From: Podospora anserina
Lineage: Eukaryota
NCBI GenBank assembly: GCA_017654855.1
Contig: CM030336.1
Span: forward strand, 4,464,001 to 4,528,000
Direction: 5' to 3'
Length of the DNA: 64,000 nt
Part shown: in pieces, positions 1 through 10,778 of the stretch
Position numbering within the stretch: position 1 is the stretch's first letter
Layout of the letters: each line of letters begins with the position of its first letter
Position numbers and translations under genes: made by a program
The notes under the pieces: model-generated
Told to the model about the DNA's origin: nothing
The model's input: only the letters and a program-made list of their open reading frames with translations
Databases searched by the model: none

Positions 1-531
1 GTCGTTGGCTTTGACGAGGAGAAACTTCGAAGTCAGCTCGACGCTCTCGTCCGCAGCACCAACTACCGCGGCAGCGTCTGCATCACCTTCCCGGTCAAGG
101 ACGAATATGTATTCATCTACAACGACTGCTGGATCAACAGGTGGCGCTACACGAACTGGATCCGCTGGATCTTCTATCTCACCTTCCTGTGGATCTTCTC
201 CTGGCCATTCTTATACTTCTTCACCAAGACCTTCGAGGTTGTGACGGCCGATTGGGACTTTGCCAGGCCGCAGGAAAATGGCAGACTGGCCTATGTCAGC
301 ATGTCGGAGGATCATATCTACAACACCTGGGCGAGGGCCATCAGCCGTGCTGTTTTGGGGAAGAGGCAGACGTGTCTGGACCACAATGATCTTGTTGCGT
401 CTCACACTGATGGGCCGGATGTTGTGGCTGACGTTATGGACGCGGTCCATGCTCCGAGCTTTGTGAGACGAGGTGTCACGGCCATTGCGCATGTCAACCG
501 TCAGCTTGGATGGGGTTCGGACTGGTCGTGA
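1..531 (+). CDS. 3' part of a conserved fungal hypothetical membrane-associated protein (runs off the window start)
   Basis: Frame 1 is open from base 1: VVGFDEEKLRSQLDALVRSTNYRG...WINRWRYTNWIRWIFYLTFLWIFSWPFLYFFTK...GWGSDWS*. It has an aromatic hydrophobic segment and a stop at 529-531. Confidence 0.75.
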   Translation, partial: VVGFDEEKLRSQLDALVRSTNYRGSVCITFPVKDEYVFIYNDCWINRWRYTNWIRWIFYLTFLWIFSWPFLYFFTKTFEVVTADWDFARPQENGRLAYVSMSEDHIYNTWARAISRAVLGKRQTCLDHNDLVASHTDGPDVVADVMDAVHAPSFVRRGVTAIAHVNRQLGWGSDWS

Positions 532-1221
532 TGCGGTTCTTTTGTCTTTACCCGTTGTTTCCTTTTAGCGATTAGGTTCATTCATACCCCCTAGTTTATC
601 TCGTTCCCCCATAAAATTGAAAACAGTTTCTGGACACCACCAAGACACATTGCCATGGACGAGGACCACCCCCTAATTCCCGAGACCGAGCACCGTATGT
701 GGTGTGACACGTTCAGCCAACATCTCTCTGCCGAATATGACCGTCCCTTTCAAGACATTCGTAATTCCTCTTATCTGCTGCATCTTAGCGCGGTGAAAGC
801 GCAGATGCGGAAAAGTTGACCGCATTGAGCAGCACATTTGGCTGGTCTGGTGGTTAGTCGGGGACCCACCCGTCCGCATCGGCCGCACCGCCCGCAAATG
901 CCCCACCCGCTGCCGTCCGCATGGACCCACCCACACCTCCGCAGCCTCCGCTCCGGGGTGTGTATCCGCTCCGGCCGGACGACATTCCGCTGCATTGTGT
1001 CTGACGAACCTGTGAGATGGGGGTTGTACTCGGAGATACTGAGACATTCGTGAGCCCGGGAGTCCCCTGAGTATTGAGTGATTGTACGATGGAGCGTTCA
1101 TGTATAAAGATGCTGTTGTCTCCTTCATCTCATCTTGTAAATCATCATCATCACGAGTACAAGTTCCAATAACAACTACCACATAACCACTCCAACGCAA
1201 CCCTATCGACACCAACACAAA

Positions 1222-2246
1222 ATGTCCTCCCCCAAGACCTACCTCATAACCGGCACCACCTCCGGCATCGGCCTCGCCTTAGTCCAACACCTCCTCTCCC
1301 AATCTCAAAACGTCATCGCCACGGGGAGAAACATCGTCTCCCGTTTCCCCTCCGACCTCGTCACCTCCCACCCCGACAACCTCAAGTTGTTAGAACTAGA
1401 CATCGCCTCCCCCCTCCCCCACCTCCAATCCATCGCCGCCCAAGCCTGGGACCTCTTCCCAGGCGGCATCGACGTCCTATTCAACAACGCAGGCATGTCA
1501 GCCATGAAACCCTTCGAAGAAGCCTCGTACGTCCCCCCTTATCCCCTTTCCCGTTTCCCAACCCCCCGCTAACCCCAGACATCAGCGAAGAATACATCTC
1601 CCAAATCTACACCGTCAACCTCTTCGGCCCCATGCGCCTCACCCAAGCATTTTTACCTCTCTTCCGGAACAACCGTAAGGGCGTAACAATAGCCTTCACC
1701 TCCTCCTCATCAACCTACACCCCCCTCCCCTTCATGTCCCACTACTCCGCCTCCAAATCCGCCCTCTCCACCACAATCACCTCCCTCGCGAAGGAACTCC
1801 TCCCCTTCCACATCTCCGTCCTGGCCTTCGAATGCGGTGGCACAGTCACCAACCTTGGCCAACCGCGCCAATCATCCCCCTCCCCCTCCCCCTCCCCCTC
1901 CCCCTCCTCCCTCTTATCACCACCACCACCACCACCAGAAACACCCTACGCCCAAGGAATAACCTCCCTGATAACCATGTTCACCCGTGATCCGCCAGCT
2001 TACATGCCCGGGTCCCCCTCCAAAATGGCAAAAACCATGGTCTCAGTCATCAACAAGATCCAAAAGGGCGAAAAAGTACCCGTCAGGTTGGTCTTAGGGA
2101 GCGATGCCTGGGAGAGCGTGAACCAAAACCTGGACGAGACGCAGCAAGTCCTGCAGGAGTGGAAACACGTCAGCTGGGAGACCGATCGGGACGGGGTCAA
2201 GGGGGGCGCGGAGGGGGATTACCTTCGTGCTGTTAGTATCTTGTGA
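1222..2246 (+). CDS. Short-chain dehydrogenase/reductase, 2 exons (intron 1527-1585)
   Basis: Rossmann motif LITGTTSGIG, IDVLFNNAG and catalytic YSASK. The GTACGT...GCTAAC...CAG intron joins the two ORFs in frame (...EEAS/EEYISQIYTVNLFGPMRLTQ). Confidence 0.92.
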
Positions 2247-2780
2247 GAGCGATGATGGTTTCGTCGTAAGGGATAGAGGTGTTTGGTTCTAAGTCGTCGA
2301 TGAGCAGAATATACAACAAGTCGATCATGTAACACACAACAATAACACAACCCTTTCACCCATCTCCATAGAATCTTTGATGTTAAATAGGGGCAAATAC
2401 ACACAGCAGTAGTTTATTCGTAACCAAAGAAAAAGTTCAGCCCCACGTCAAAGTCCCAAAACTCCAGCCCATGAATACCTCAAGTCTCTTATCGCGCAAC
2501 ACACAAAGAGAGAGAGATCTTGAAACCTAGTAGCAGCCCAGCACCCAACCCCATCACCAAAATGAGGATACTGAGAATAAAAAATAGTAATAAAAACAAA
2601 GGCAAGAATTTCCACGCGCTGGCAACACATATTTTTCCGTTTTGCCCAGGTATCCCCACCATCCGCAACGCGCTGTTGTCCCGAAAAAAAGAAAAAGAAA
2701 GAAAGAATGCAAGAGCATAATTCCACAAGGATGAAGGGTTGATACAAATATTTTCCACCTAGCACCAACCAACCACCAGC

Positions 2781-5236
2781 CTACTCCCTGCTCGCCTTGC
2801 CAGCCACCGTCGCAATAAAGCTTTGGTACTGCGCATCTTCGTCGGCTGCCTCCACACCATTATACACCAACCCCCTCGACCGTGAGGCCAGCTCCTGCAT
2901 TTCCACCTTGGGGTGCTTGCCGCTACCCCTAGACCGTGAGCTCAGCTCAGTCATCTCGATCTTGGGCGGGTTGGTGGCCCACAAAACCTGCGGGGCAGAC
3001 GGGGTTTGGTGTGCCGGCTTCTTTTCCCTTTCTTCCATCTCGGCCTCCTTGTCCTTGGCGGCCCCGTTGGTTATTCCGCCCATCTCGGTATCTTCTGTCT
3101 CTGTGCCGTCGCGCCTCGGCAGCCGCATGGCCAGCAGAACATACTCTGACCTCGTCATCGTCTCCATTATCCCCTCCATATAGCGCCGAACCTCTTCCTG
3201 AGGAGCCACAACTCGAAAGAGATTCTCGAGGTGGCGACCGCTGGGGGCAAAGAGCCTCACGGTGAGGGGCTCGTAATAATCTTGGTCGGGGTCCGCCTGC
3301 GGATACTCTGACTTGCTGCCCCGGCGGACTACCAGGAAAGACGCCACGACTTGCTGTCCCGCTCCGGGAGACATTGACATCTGTTCCAGAATGCTGAATT
3401 TCGGAAACATGTATCGATCACCATTGCCACCAGCAAACTCAAAAAGGACAGCCGAATAATCTGGCTTGGGAGGCGGTGGTGGTCCTTTGGATCGAAGGGC
3501 TTGCTGTGGCTGAGGCGCCGTTTGTGGGACTGGTGTAGAGGAGGCCGAATTGTTGCCACTGCCATTCACTCCGTTGGTGTGCTTGGCTACTGTAGGTGTC
3601 GTTGCCGACGCTGGCGTCTTCGGGGGGTGGGCTTCCTTCTCCTTCAACGCGGTCCGCAGCTGATCGATTATCAGCTTCAGGTCAGTAGCGTCTGAGAACT
3701 GGGTCTTGTTCTCCGATACACGTCGGACCATTTCCCTCGTCTTAATGTCATCCAGGGCCTTTTTGACCAAGGCCACAATGAGCGGATCGCACCCATTCGG
3801 CGCTCTCAAATCCGCAGATGTTTGCTTGGCATTAGAGGTCAAGACAATGTCCAGGATGGCCTTGACTTCATCCGCAAAGTACTTCACTGTACGGCCGTCT
3901 ACCAGTAGCCTTTCAGCTGAAGGCCCAGCGGTGCTACCGCTGCGCTTATTCTCCGCTGTGATGGCATCAATGATGGCCTGGAATCGGGCAAGCTCTTGTT
4001 TGGCAGCTTCGCCATTGGCGACACGCTTCATTAGATCTCGCAGCTCGGCATCAGTCCCTGCTCTAGAGGCCAGCATCAAGATGATCGGATCTGTTCCCGG
4101 CGCCGGTTTTCCTTGCGCAGGTGTCCCTGGGGCCGCCGGAGCACCATTCATCGGAGGTTTAGCCAGCGCGGGGCTTTGCCCTGCAGGGAAAGCCGCAGCG
4201 CCTGCGCCCGCCACCATGGTGGGATTGGGCGAAGGTGGAAGTCGTGGCGGCTGGGTGCCAAACGGGGGCGTGATATGTGGCCTCGCTGGTGGTTGCGGGG
4301 TGACTGTTCCTGGAGACAGGACTGATTCCATGCCTCGTGGAGAGGCAACTGGTCTAGGCAGAGCTGCAGGTATGGTGGGCGTCATGCGCGATACTTCTGG
4401 AGCCGGCGGTTGGTTGGAAGTTGGCGGCTGACCCGGTCCTTGCGAATTTACCCCAGCTGGCTGCGCCGCCGGAAGAGTGGGAGTCTGGGTCGGTGTCTGG
4501 GTTTGCGGTCGCGCCTGACTTGGTGCTTTCGTCTGTGTCTGAGCTTGACTTGGAGGTTGAGTCGCTGGCGCGGGAGCAGGAGACGGCCGCTCGGCAGATT
4601 GTGTCACTTTTGGGGTAGCCGGTGGGGGCATGACCCCATTCGGGGGACCATATTGCAGAACTGGTCGCTGGGTGATCGGTGGAGGCGGAGGCGGTTTTGG
4701 GTCCTTGACAGCATACATGGTTGCCTCGAAACTGTGCGGCTCCACGATAATGGTCACATTTCCCAGCTTCACCATGCTGTCCTTTGGCGGGTTGTTCGGT
4801 TCCTCAATGATTTGTCCCTTCTTCTTGACCGGTTTGGACCAATACTTTGGGAATATGGCTTCCGACATCCATTGCTGCCGTGATCGTGCGAGAGACTCAG
4901 AAAGGACACCACTGGAAAGAATATGTCAGCATTTCGCCCTGCCACAGCATGACAAGCCAAGGGAGCGCACCTTTCTGTCACCGACTGATAATCCTTATTT
5001 GAGAGATCGTTTGGTTGTGGCGAGTCGACGGTTGGCAGGGGCTTGCTAGCACTGATCGATTTCGGTAACGGCGTTGGAACCTCTTCAACCGGGGCAGGTT
5101 CTGGTTCTGGAGCCGGGGCAGGTGTCGGCGTCGCAGATTTGGAGACGGACTTTGGTGTCGAATCGGTATGCCTCCGTTTGGCAGCCTGCTCAACCCGGGC
5201 GGCAGCGCGTGCTGGAAGCTTCCTCTTCTTCTCCAT
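2781..5236 (-). CDS. SWC3: SWR1 chromatin-remodelling complex subunit Swc3-like, 2 exons (intron 4912-4970)
   Basis: MEKKRKLPAR N-terminus; PLPTV...DYQSVTE/SGVLSESLARSRQQW...IFPKYWSK; DPIILMLASRA...LRDLMKRVA; FEFAGGNGDRYMFPKFSILE. These blocks are typical of filamentous-fungal Swc3, and a canonical intron restores the frame. Confidence 0.8.
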
Positions 5237-6299
5237 CTCGCAAACTATTCAAGCCCGACGTGTAGAGTTGGTAAGTAGCTCGTCATAAGCACATCGGGAT
5301 CGATCGAGATGTCGAGCTGGAGCGTCGATGGCGAGCAAGACAAGCAATTCGATGTTGATGGCGGGAGGGAGATTTATCTAGACGGATGAGGTTAATTAAA
5401 AAAAAAAAAAAGAACCCCCAACGAAGCAAAGAAGAGCGCGCGAGTGCGCGTGGGCAATTGAAGGGTAATCAGTCCCAAGACGTGCTGCTGATGGCAGAAT
5501 GCAGCTGGAAAAGAAGGGACCGAGACCGTGACGAAGGCACCAGCAGTTCCAAGCCCCAAAAGAAAATGGGTCCAACTGGGATTTGGGAAGCAGCACCTTA
5601 GCAAGCATCGGCAAAAGCTGGGGGATGGATGCTGCTCGATTTATCAAGCACGCATTTCCTGTGCGCTAAACTATATCTGGACCCATCTCCTGCCGTCTGA
5701 TTGGCCCTAGCTAAATCACAGGCCATGAATGCGCCGCTGTAATTAATTGGGGATGCAGGATTGCTCCACAAGCACCTCGCCTCACAAATGGTTCTCTTCT
5801 TCTTACTCCTGCTGTATCTTGAGGTTTGGTAAAGTGCAGCAGAGTAATCCATCTCTTACATATCCCAACATGTGTCCCCTCACAATGCGCTCCGTGTTTT
5901 CCAGAGCAAAGTCCTGCTGATGATGAGTTGTTGGACAGTGCGGCTGACCGGGATATCTGGTGGGGATCAACTAAGCCGCATGATCACAGTTACCGCTACT
6001 AACAGAGTGTCACGCATTTCATGCAGTGTTCTAATAGCACCACTATCAGCTCACAAGGTCAACTGCATGTCCCTGTCCAAGCTCAGCAGCCACACATCTT
6101 GACGACGTAACACGGGCCGTTTCCAAGCTTCAAGCCACCATCTTATAAGTCAGCAAAGGCGTTTTTCAGGGGCGTTGGCATGCTCATACTTGTTTCGTTT
6201 TGATTCATTGCAAAAACATCCTCCTATATAGACGGACATCTTCTCATGTCCCTGAAACGACTCACTCAGGCTGCTTTATCCCGGAGCTCTGCATCAAGG

Positions 6300-7663
6300 A
6301 TGCTGGACCCGGCTGCTATCTCCGGCCTCTTCGTGGGGCTTGTTCTCGGTGTTCCTGTTGCCGTATATGCTCTGTTTCTTGGGTTGAGCTCGATACCATT
6401 CTTTCAGCGCCAGTATGACTTGGCATCTTTCATCTCTTACAGCTTACTGTTCTTTAAAAAGCTGACTGCAATGCACGTCCCAGGTTCTTATATGCCCACA
6501 ATATCCACAGCCTGTGGTGGCCAGGCGCTCGAAAGAGAACCAACCAGCCCCAACGATACGGCTTCGCAAGTCAGTCTCCTGCCCACTTTCTCATGAACCT
6601 CATCACACTGACCATCCCCCAGAAAACCAAGCAACCCCCTTCCTCCTCGGCACCCCTGACAACGAGTCCCTCTACGCCTGGCACGTCCTCCCCCTAACCC
6701 TCTACAGCAAACATTCCCCCACCCTTATCTCGCGCCCCGACGAGGGCACATGCCACAAAGACTTCACCAAAACCCTGCAGTACGACCTCCTCCTCAACGA
6801 CCCCGACGTCAAAGTGGTCGTATCCTTCCACGGCAACGCCGGCCACCTCCTCCAATCCCACCGCCCCCGAGTCTACCACACCCTTTCTCTCAATCACCAC
6901 CTCTTCACCCTCTCCTACCGTGGCTTCGGCCTCTCCACCGGCTCCCCCACCGAAGACGGCCTCAAAACCGACGCCATCTCCCTTCTCAACTTCCTCCTCA
7001 ACGAATGCCGCGTCCCACCTCAGCGCATCGCTTTACTCGGGCAATCCCTCGGCACGGCTGTCGTCGCCGCAGTGACGCATCATTTTGCTGTTAACCACCA
7101 AATCGACTTTGCTGGCTCGGTTATTGTCGCTGGATTTAGCTCGTTGCCCTCTATGCTGAGCGGGTATCGCATCGCGGGCTTCATCCCCGTGTTGAGGCCG
7201 CTGTCTTGGTGGCCTTGGTTGTTGAGGGTGGTGATGGGTAGGGTGGTGGATAAGTGGGATAGTGCCGCTCGCTGGCAGGAAACCACGCGTGAGGTGAAGG
7301 GAAGGGGGGGTAGGTTGAGGTTGGAGATGGTGCATGCGAAGAATGATTGGGATATTCCTGCGGATGAGGATGACAAGGTGTTTAGGGCTGCGGTGGGGGG
7401 GCTGGTGGGGGATAAGTTGACGGAGGGTGATATTGACAGGTTGAAGGGGGAGAGGGTGGTGGGGGATGAGAATCAGGGGTTTGTGGCCGAGTGGATGGAG
7501 CAGGGGGTGGTGGTAAGGCAGGAGTTGGTTCCTTTTGGAGGTGAGTAATGTCAACATGAAGGTGATGAAAGGTTGCTGACAGACTGCAGGACACAACGAT
7601 GTCACGTTTTATGCGCCAACGCTGTTGGCTATCATGAGGTCATTTGAAGGGGTGGAAGAGTGA
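6300..7663 (+). CDS. Membrane-anchored alpha/beta hydrolase (ABHD12/BEM46-like), 4 exons (introns 6413-6483, 6570-6622, 7541-7589)
   Basis: N-terminal TM helix, FHGNAG, YRGFGLSTGSPTEDGL, nucleophile elbow GQSLG, HAKNDWDIP and catalytic GGHN formed across intron 3. All introns are canonical. Confidence 0.88.
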
Positions 7664-7947
7664 GATGCGAGGCTGTGGAGAGTGGTAGTGAGTGAGTTTA
7701 ATGTTTATACTCTGCATAGAGACTTACGAAGTAACTTTTATTGCTCATCATTCCATAAGGTGCATTCCCATCTTGTGGTTTATTTTTACGATGTGATTAC
7801 CCATCCCATCACTTGTCATGGTGCTACATTTGACCAATACTCAAGCCAATAAATGGAACAGCTCAGACTACTACATACTAAGCTTAGACAAGGTGTCTGG
7901 TTAGAGCACAACTCGGTCTGTTGAAGAAAGGGCTGGGATTGACAGAA

Positions 7948-8212
7948 TGTAAGCTCGACTTAGGTACCCAGGTAGACTGGTAAATGCAGAGGCTTAAGCT
8001 GGGAGAGCAGTTAGCTGAGGCTAGGGGAGGTAAACAGTTGGAAGCTTGGAAGGTTTGAATTATGAAAGAAAATTCATATCTATTATGAAAGCATGCACTG
8101 TGAGCTTGAGAGGTAAGCTCGGGGGAGGATCACGACATATTGGTTCGTCACTCCATAAGATTACACGTCACAACTCCATATATCGGGCCTCAAACCAGTG
8201 TTGAATCTAACA
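7948..8212. mobile_element. Possible solo LTR / RIP-degraded repeat (265 bp)
   Basis: Begins TGTAAG and ends CTAACA (imperfect TGT...ACA inverted termini). It has no ORF, is rich in TpA (taag, ttag, ctag) and is more AT-rich than the flanking gene. No target-site duplication was found (cagaa vs atgac). Confidence 0.35.
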
Positions 8213-8483
8213 ATGACTCAGCCCCCTGGACGATACCCCTGATTCAACGATTGACTATCTAAGCCTTACCAATTAGCTACCTATGTAATCTCCAAACAAG
8301 TGTGGAGAAACGCAAGTCTTGATGCAGTAGATGGACAGGGAAGATTGAACACCTAGTTCGACTCAGGCAAGGTGGGAAGGTGACATAGATGGGTATGGTA
8401 TCCTCGTTTGGATTGTTTGCTTTTGTCAGAGGATACCATCATTTTCAATCACAGGCTTCAAATCAGCTGTCTGGGTTCCAAGC

Positions 8484-9008
8484 TCAACAACAACCGCCTA
8501 AATGAACCCCCTGAATGAAGCCCAGATTGAGCCCCTGATTGATTGATCCGGACCATTCTGTAAAGGCCTCTCCATCTTAGACCGCAGGTTCCATACCATG
8601 GTCATCTAACTATCCGGCAAATGTTATGGGTGTTTGATAGAAGCCACCAGCATCAGTCTTTCCCTGACCCGAACTCCCCACCTTGCCATCGTCTCCAACC
8701 TTCTCACATCCCTTGTATTTTCCTTTCTTGTCATTTACCGAACTTTTGGGATTTCGAAAGAAGTCTGTACGCGTGGCTGACCCGGCACCGGAATCGTCAC
8801 ACAGGAGAGGTGCGTAACCGCGAAAGTTTCGGTCCTGAGCTTGGTCTCAGAGCATATCCTTCCAGGGCTATGCCCTTGAGTCGGCTGCTTCTTTGGTGTC
8901 TTGTTCTTGAACCCAATTTGATTGTCCACTTGACGAAGTGCATGGCTTCCGTCGGGTCTTCGGCGAAGCTTCTGGGGGTTGGATAGGGGCTGACGTTTGA
9001 GTGGACAT
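8484..9008 (-). pseudogene. Degenerate SesA-like effector with a C-terminal PP-like amyloid signalling motif
   Basis: From ATG 9008 the frame has several stops (TAG, TGA, TAG, TAA). Frame-shifted pieces PRSFAE..HFVKWTI, KYK/DVRRL/GDDGKVGS and MEPAV*D resemble SesA motifs (LPxAFxEV..LPLVxxTL, RYxxAVRxLGKGGRVE, EPSxxD). The C-terminus reads WSGSINQGLNLGF(.)SGG. Confidence 0.45.
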
Positions 9009-9697
9009 AATAGTCAGGTGGTTTCTGGTAATAGAAGTACTGAATCCGCTGGATACAGTTTGAGGTAAGCTGAGAGTGATGGGGAAAAGCTTGGAAGATG
9101 TATGAAAGGAGCAAATGAATAATTATACATACATACCGTAATTCACCTAGCTATTTTACCTCACCATTGCTACCTAGGTGAGTCATCCGGGGATGCTCCG
9201 AAACTCTTAGATGATTGATCTACACAACCACATGCACATTATTGACCCCAGCCAGGATTGCTATAGCATTGCATCCTTCTAAAGTTGACCGTCAAGTGTT
9301 TCTGGTTGATTTCCATCTCTATACGTGACCTCAAGATGCTTCACTGCGGTTACATTAGCTGACTGTTGTCTGACAACACATCCTTAGTGATATTGAGCCG
9401 TCCAACCCATATGCAGCGCAAACTATGCGAGGTAATAATGTTATCAGCCGTAAATCTAAACATCTGACGTGTTGAGCGCAGACTTTGCTTATTTGCCCTC
9501 GGTCATTGAGCATGAAAGCTTTCCTTGTCATCGTTGTGTCACAGACTTGTCGGATGTACCTCTAGTCACCGATCACAGGGCTGTTGGTGACGAGGTAAGA
9601 CATTAGAGATGTACCCCTCTTGATTTCCCCAGGGTCAGATCCACTATTCTTTTGAGATGGCCTTACTTCTTTTGATGCTTGGTCTTGGTTGTGTGTG

Positions 9698-10044
9698 GAC
9701 TTCCAAATCGAACGACCTTTCAGTGTATTGGCTGCGTTTGACCTTCAAATGAACGGGGCAATCCTGCTATGGGGACGACCAATATGAAGTGGGGGAGGGG
9801 CCAAAGCTTCGAAAAGGTCATTGACCTTCGAAAGCTGCCGCAACAGCCCAGCCAAAGGTCCCAAGACGTTAATCACTGGCTTGACCATGATGGCTTTTCC
9901 TTCTTCTACTCTCCCACAACACTGGTAGCATCTGACTGGAAGAATCGACATGTGGTGGATGAAGTGTATCTTCCCAGCATGGCAGGCCTTTTGAAGACAC
10001 TGGTAGCTGGGGCCGACCGGAACAATTGTTCGCTCTTGATTTGA
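9698..10044 (+). pseudogene. 5' fragment of an AsaB/CmcJ-like oxidoreductase gene
   Basis: DFQIERPF (EKP[FY]-like), then a frameshift, then TTN...VIDLR...WLDHDGFSF...TTL..SDW....VDEVYLPSMAGLLKTLVAGADR. This matches the family pattern TN..IxDxR..LDxxGF..YxP..LLK..GAxR. It is truncated immediately after this block. Confidence 0.6.
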
Positions 10045-10110
10045 GAACCATCGCTAGAAGTAACTTACTTCTATGGAGTTGTGATGTCATTAGCTGCGGA
10101 GCTATGGGCT

Positions 10111-10179
10111 GGGTCAGGCGCTTGGTCAGGCGCTTGATCAGGCGCTTGGCCAGGGGCCCGGCCAGGGTCTTGACCTGGG
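10111..10179. repeat. 12-bp minisatellite (~6 degenerate copies of TGGTCAGGCGCT)
   Basis: gggtcaggcgct tggtcaggcgct tgatcaggcgct tggccaggggcc cggccagggtct tgacctggg; it encodes PGQD/PGRA/PGQA/PDQA repeats on the minus strand. Confidence 0.85.
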
Positions 10180-10690
10180 TATGCAAGGTATTGGTGTATG
10201 ACTTGTACCCATCTGGAGAACTGATTTTGGATGTCGTGCTCCAGTGACAGCCAGAACACATGCGAGTATTTATGCCTGGCTCGATAGGCGTACTCGAGCG
10301 CCAGTTGGCTTTTTCCCACACCAGCGCGCCCATGTATTACACAGATCCGGGTCGTCGTTGTAGCCTCGTACTCGTCGTGATCAAAGATGCCATATATCTG
10401 TTCTAACTGAGCTGAGCGCCCGATGAAATTGTCGTTGCGGGCGGGTACAGTCCATTGGGGCGGGGTATGGGAGTCGCCAAAAGACCGAGGAGGGTCATCG
10501 CCACATGCCGCAAAACCGCACTCGAGGGCTGTGAGGGCTACAGTCTTCCCTTCAAAACGGAGACGGTGATGTATCGTGATGGCGCGCAAACGGATCATGC
10601 CAAGCAGTTTTTCTCGAAGACGATGTACGATTGGAACTGGCCATGGAAGAGATCAGCCTTGACGTTGTCTAACAAATGCCCACCCGCCAT

Positions 10691-10778
10691 GGGGGAAGGG
10701 GAGGAGAGAGAGGGGAGGGGAGAGAGGGGAGGGGAGAGAGGGGAGGGGAGAGAGGGGAGGGGAGAGAGGAGAGGGGGT
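10691..10778. repeat. Polypurine (GGGGA/GGAGA) low-complexity tract
   Basis: About 88 bp almost entirely G/A on the plus strand. Confidence 0.9.

Noticed and set aside
673-1218. 181-aa minus ORF and ccgca-type short repeats
   Set aside because: It lies in the SDR promoter, has no ATG start and no protein motif.
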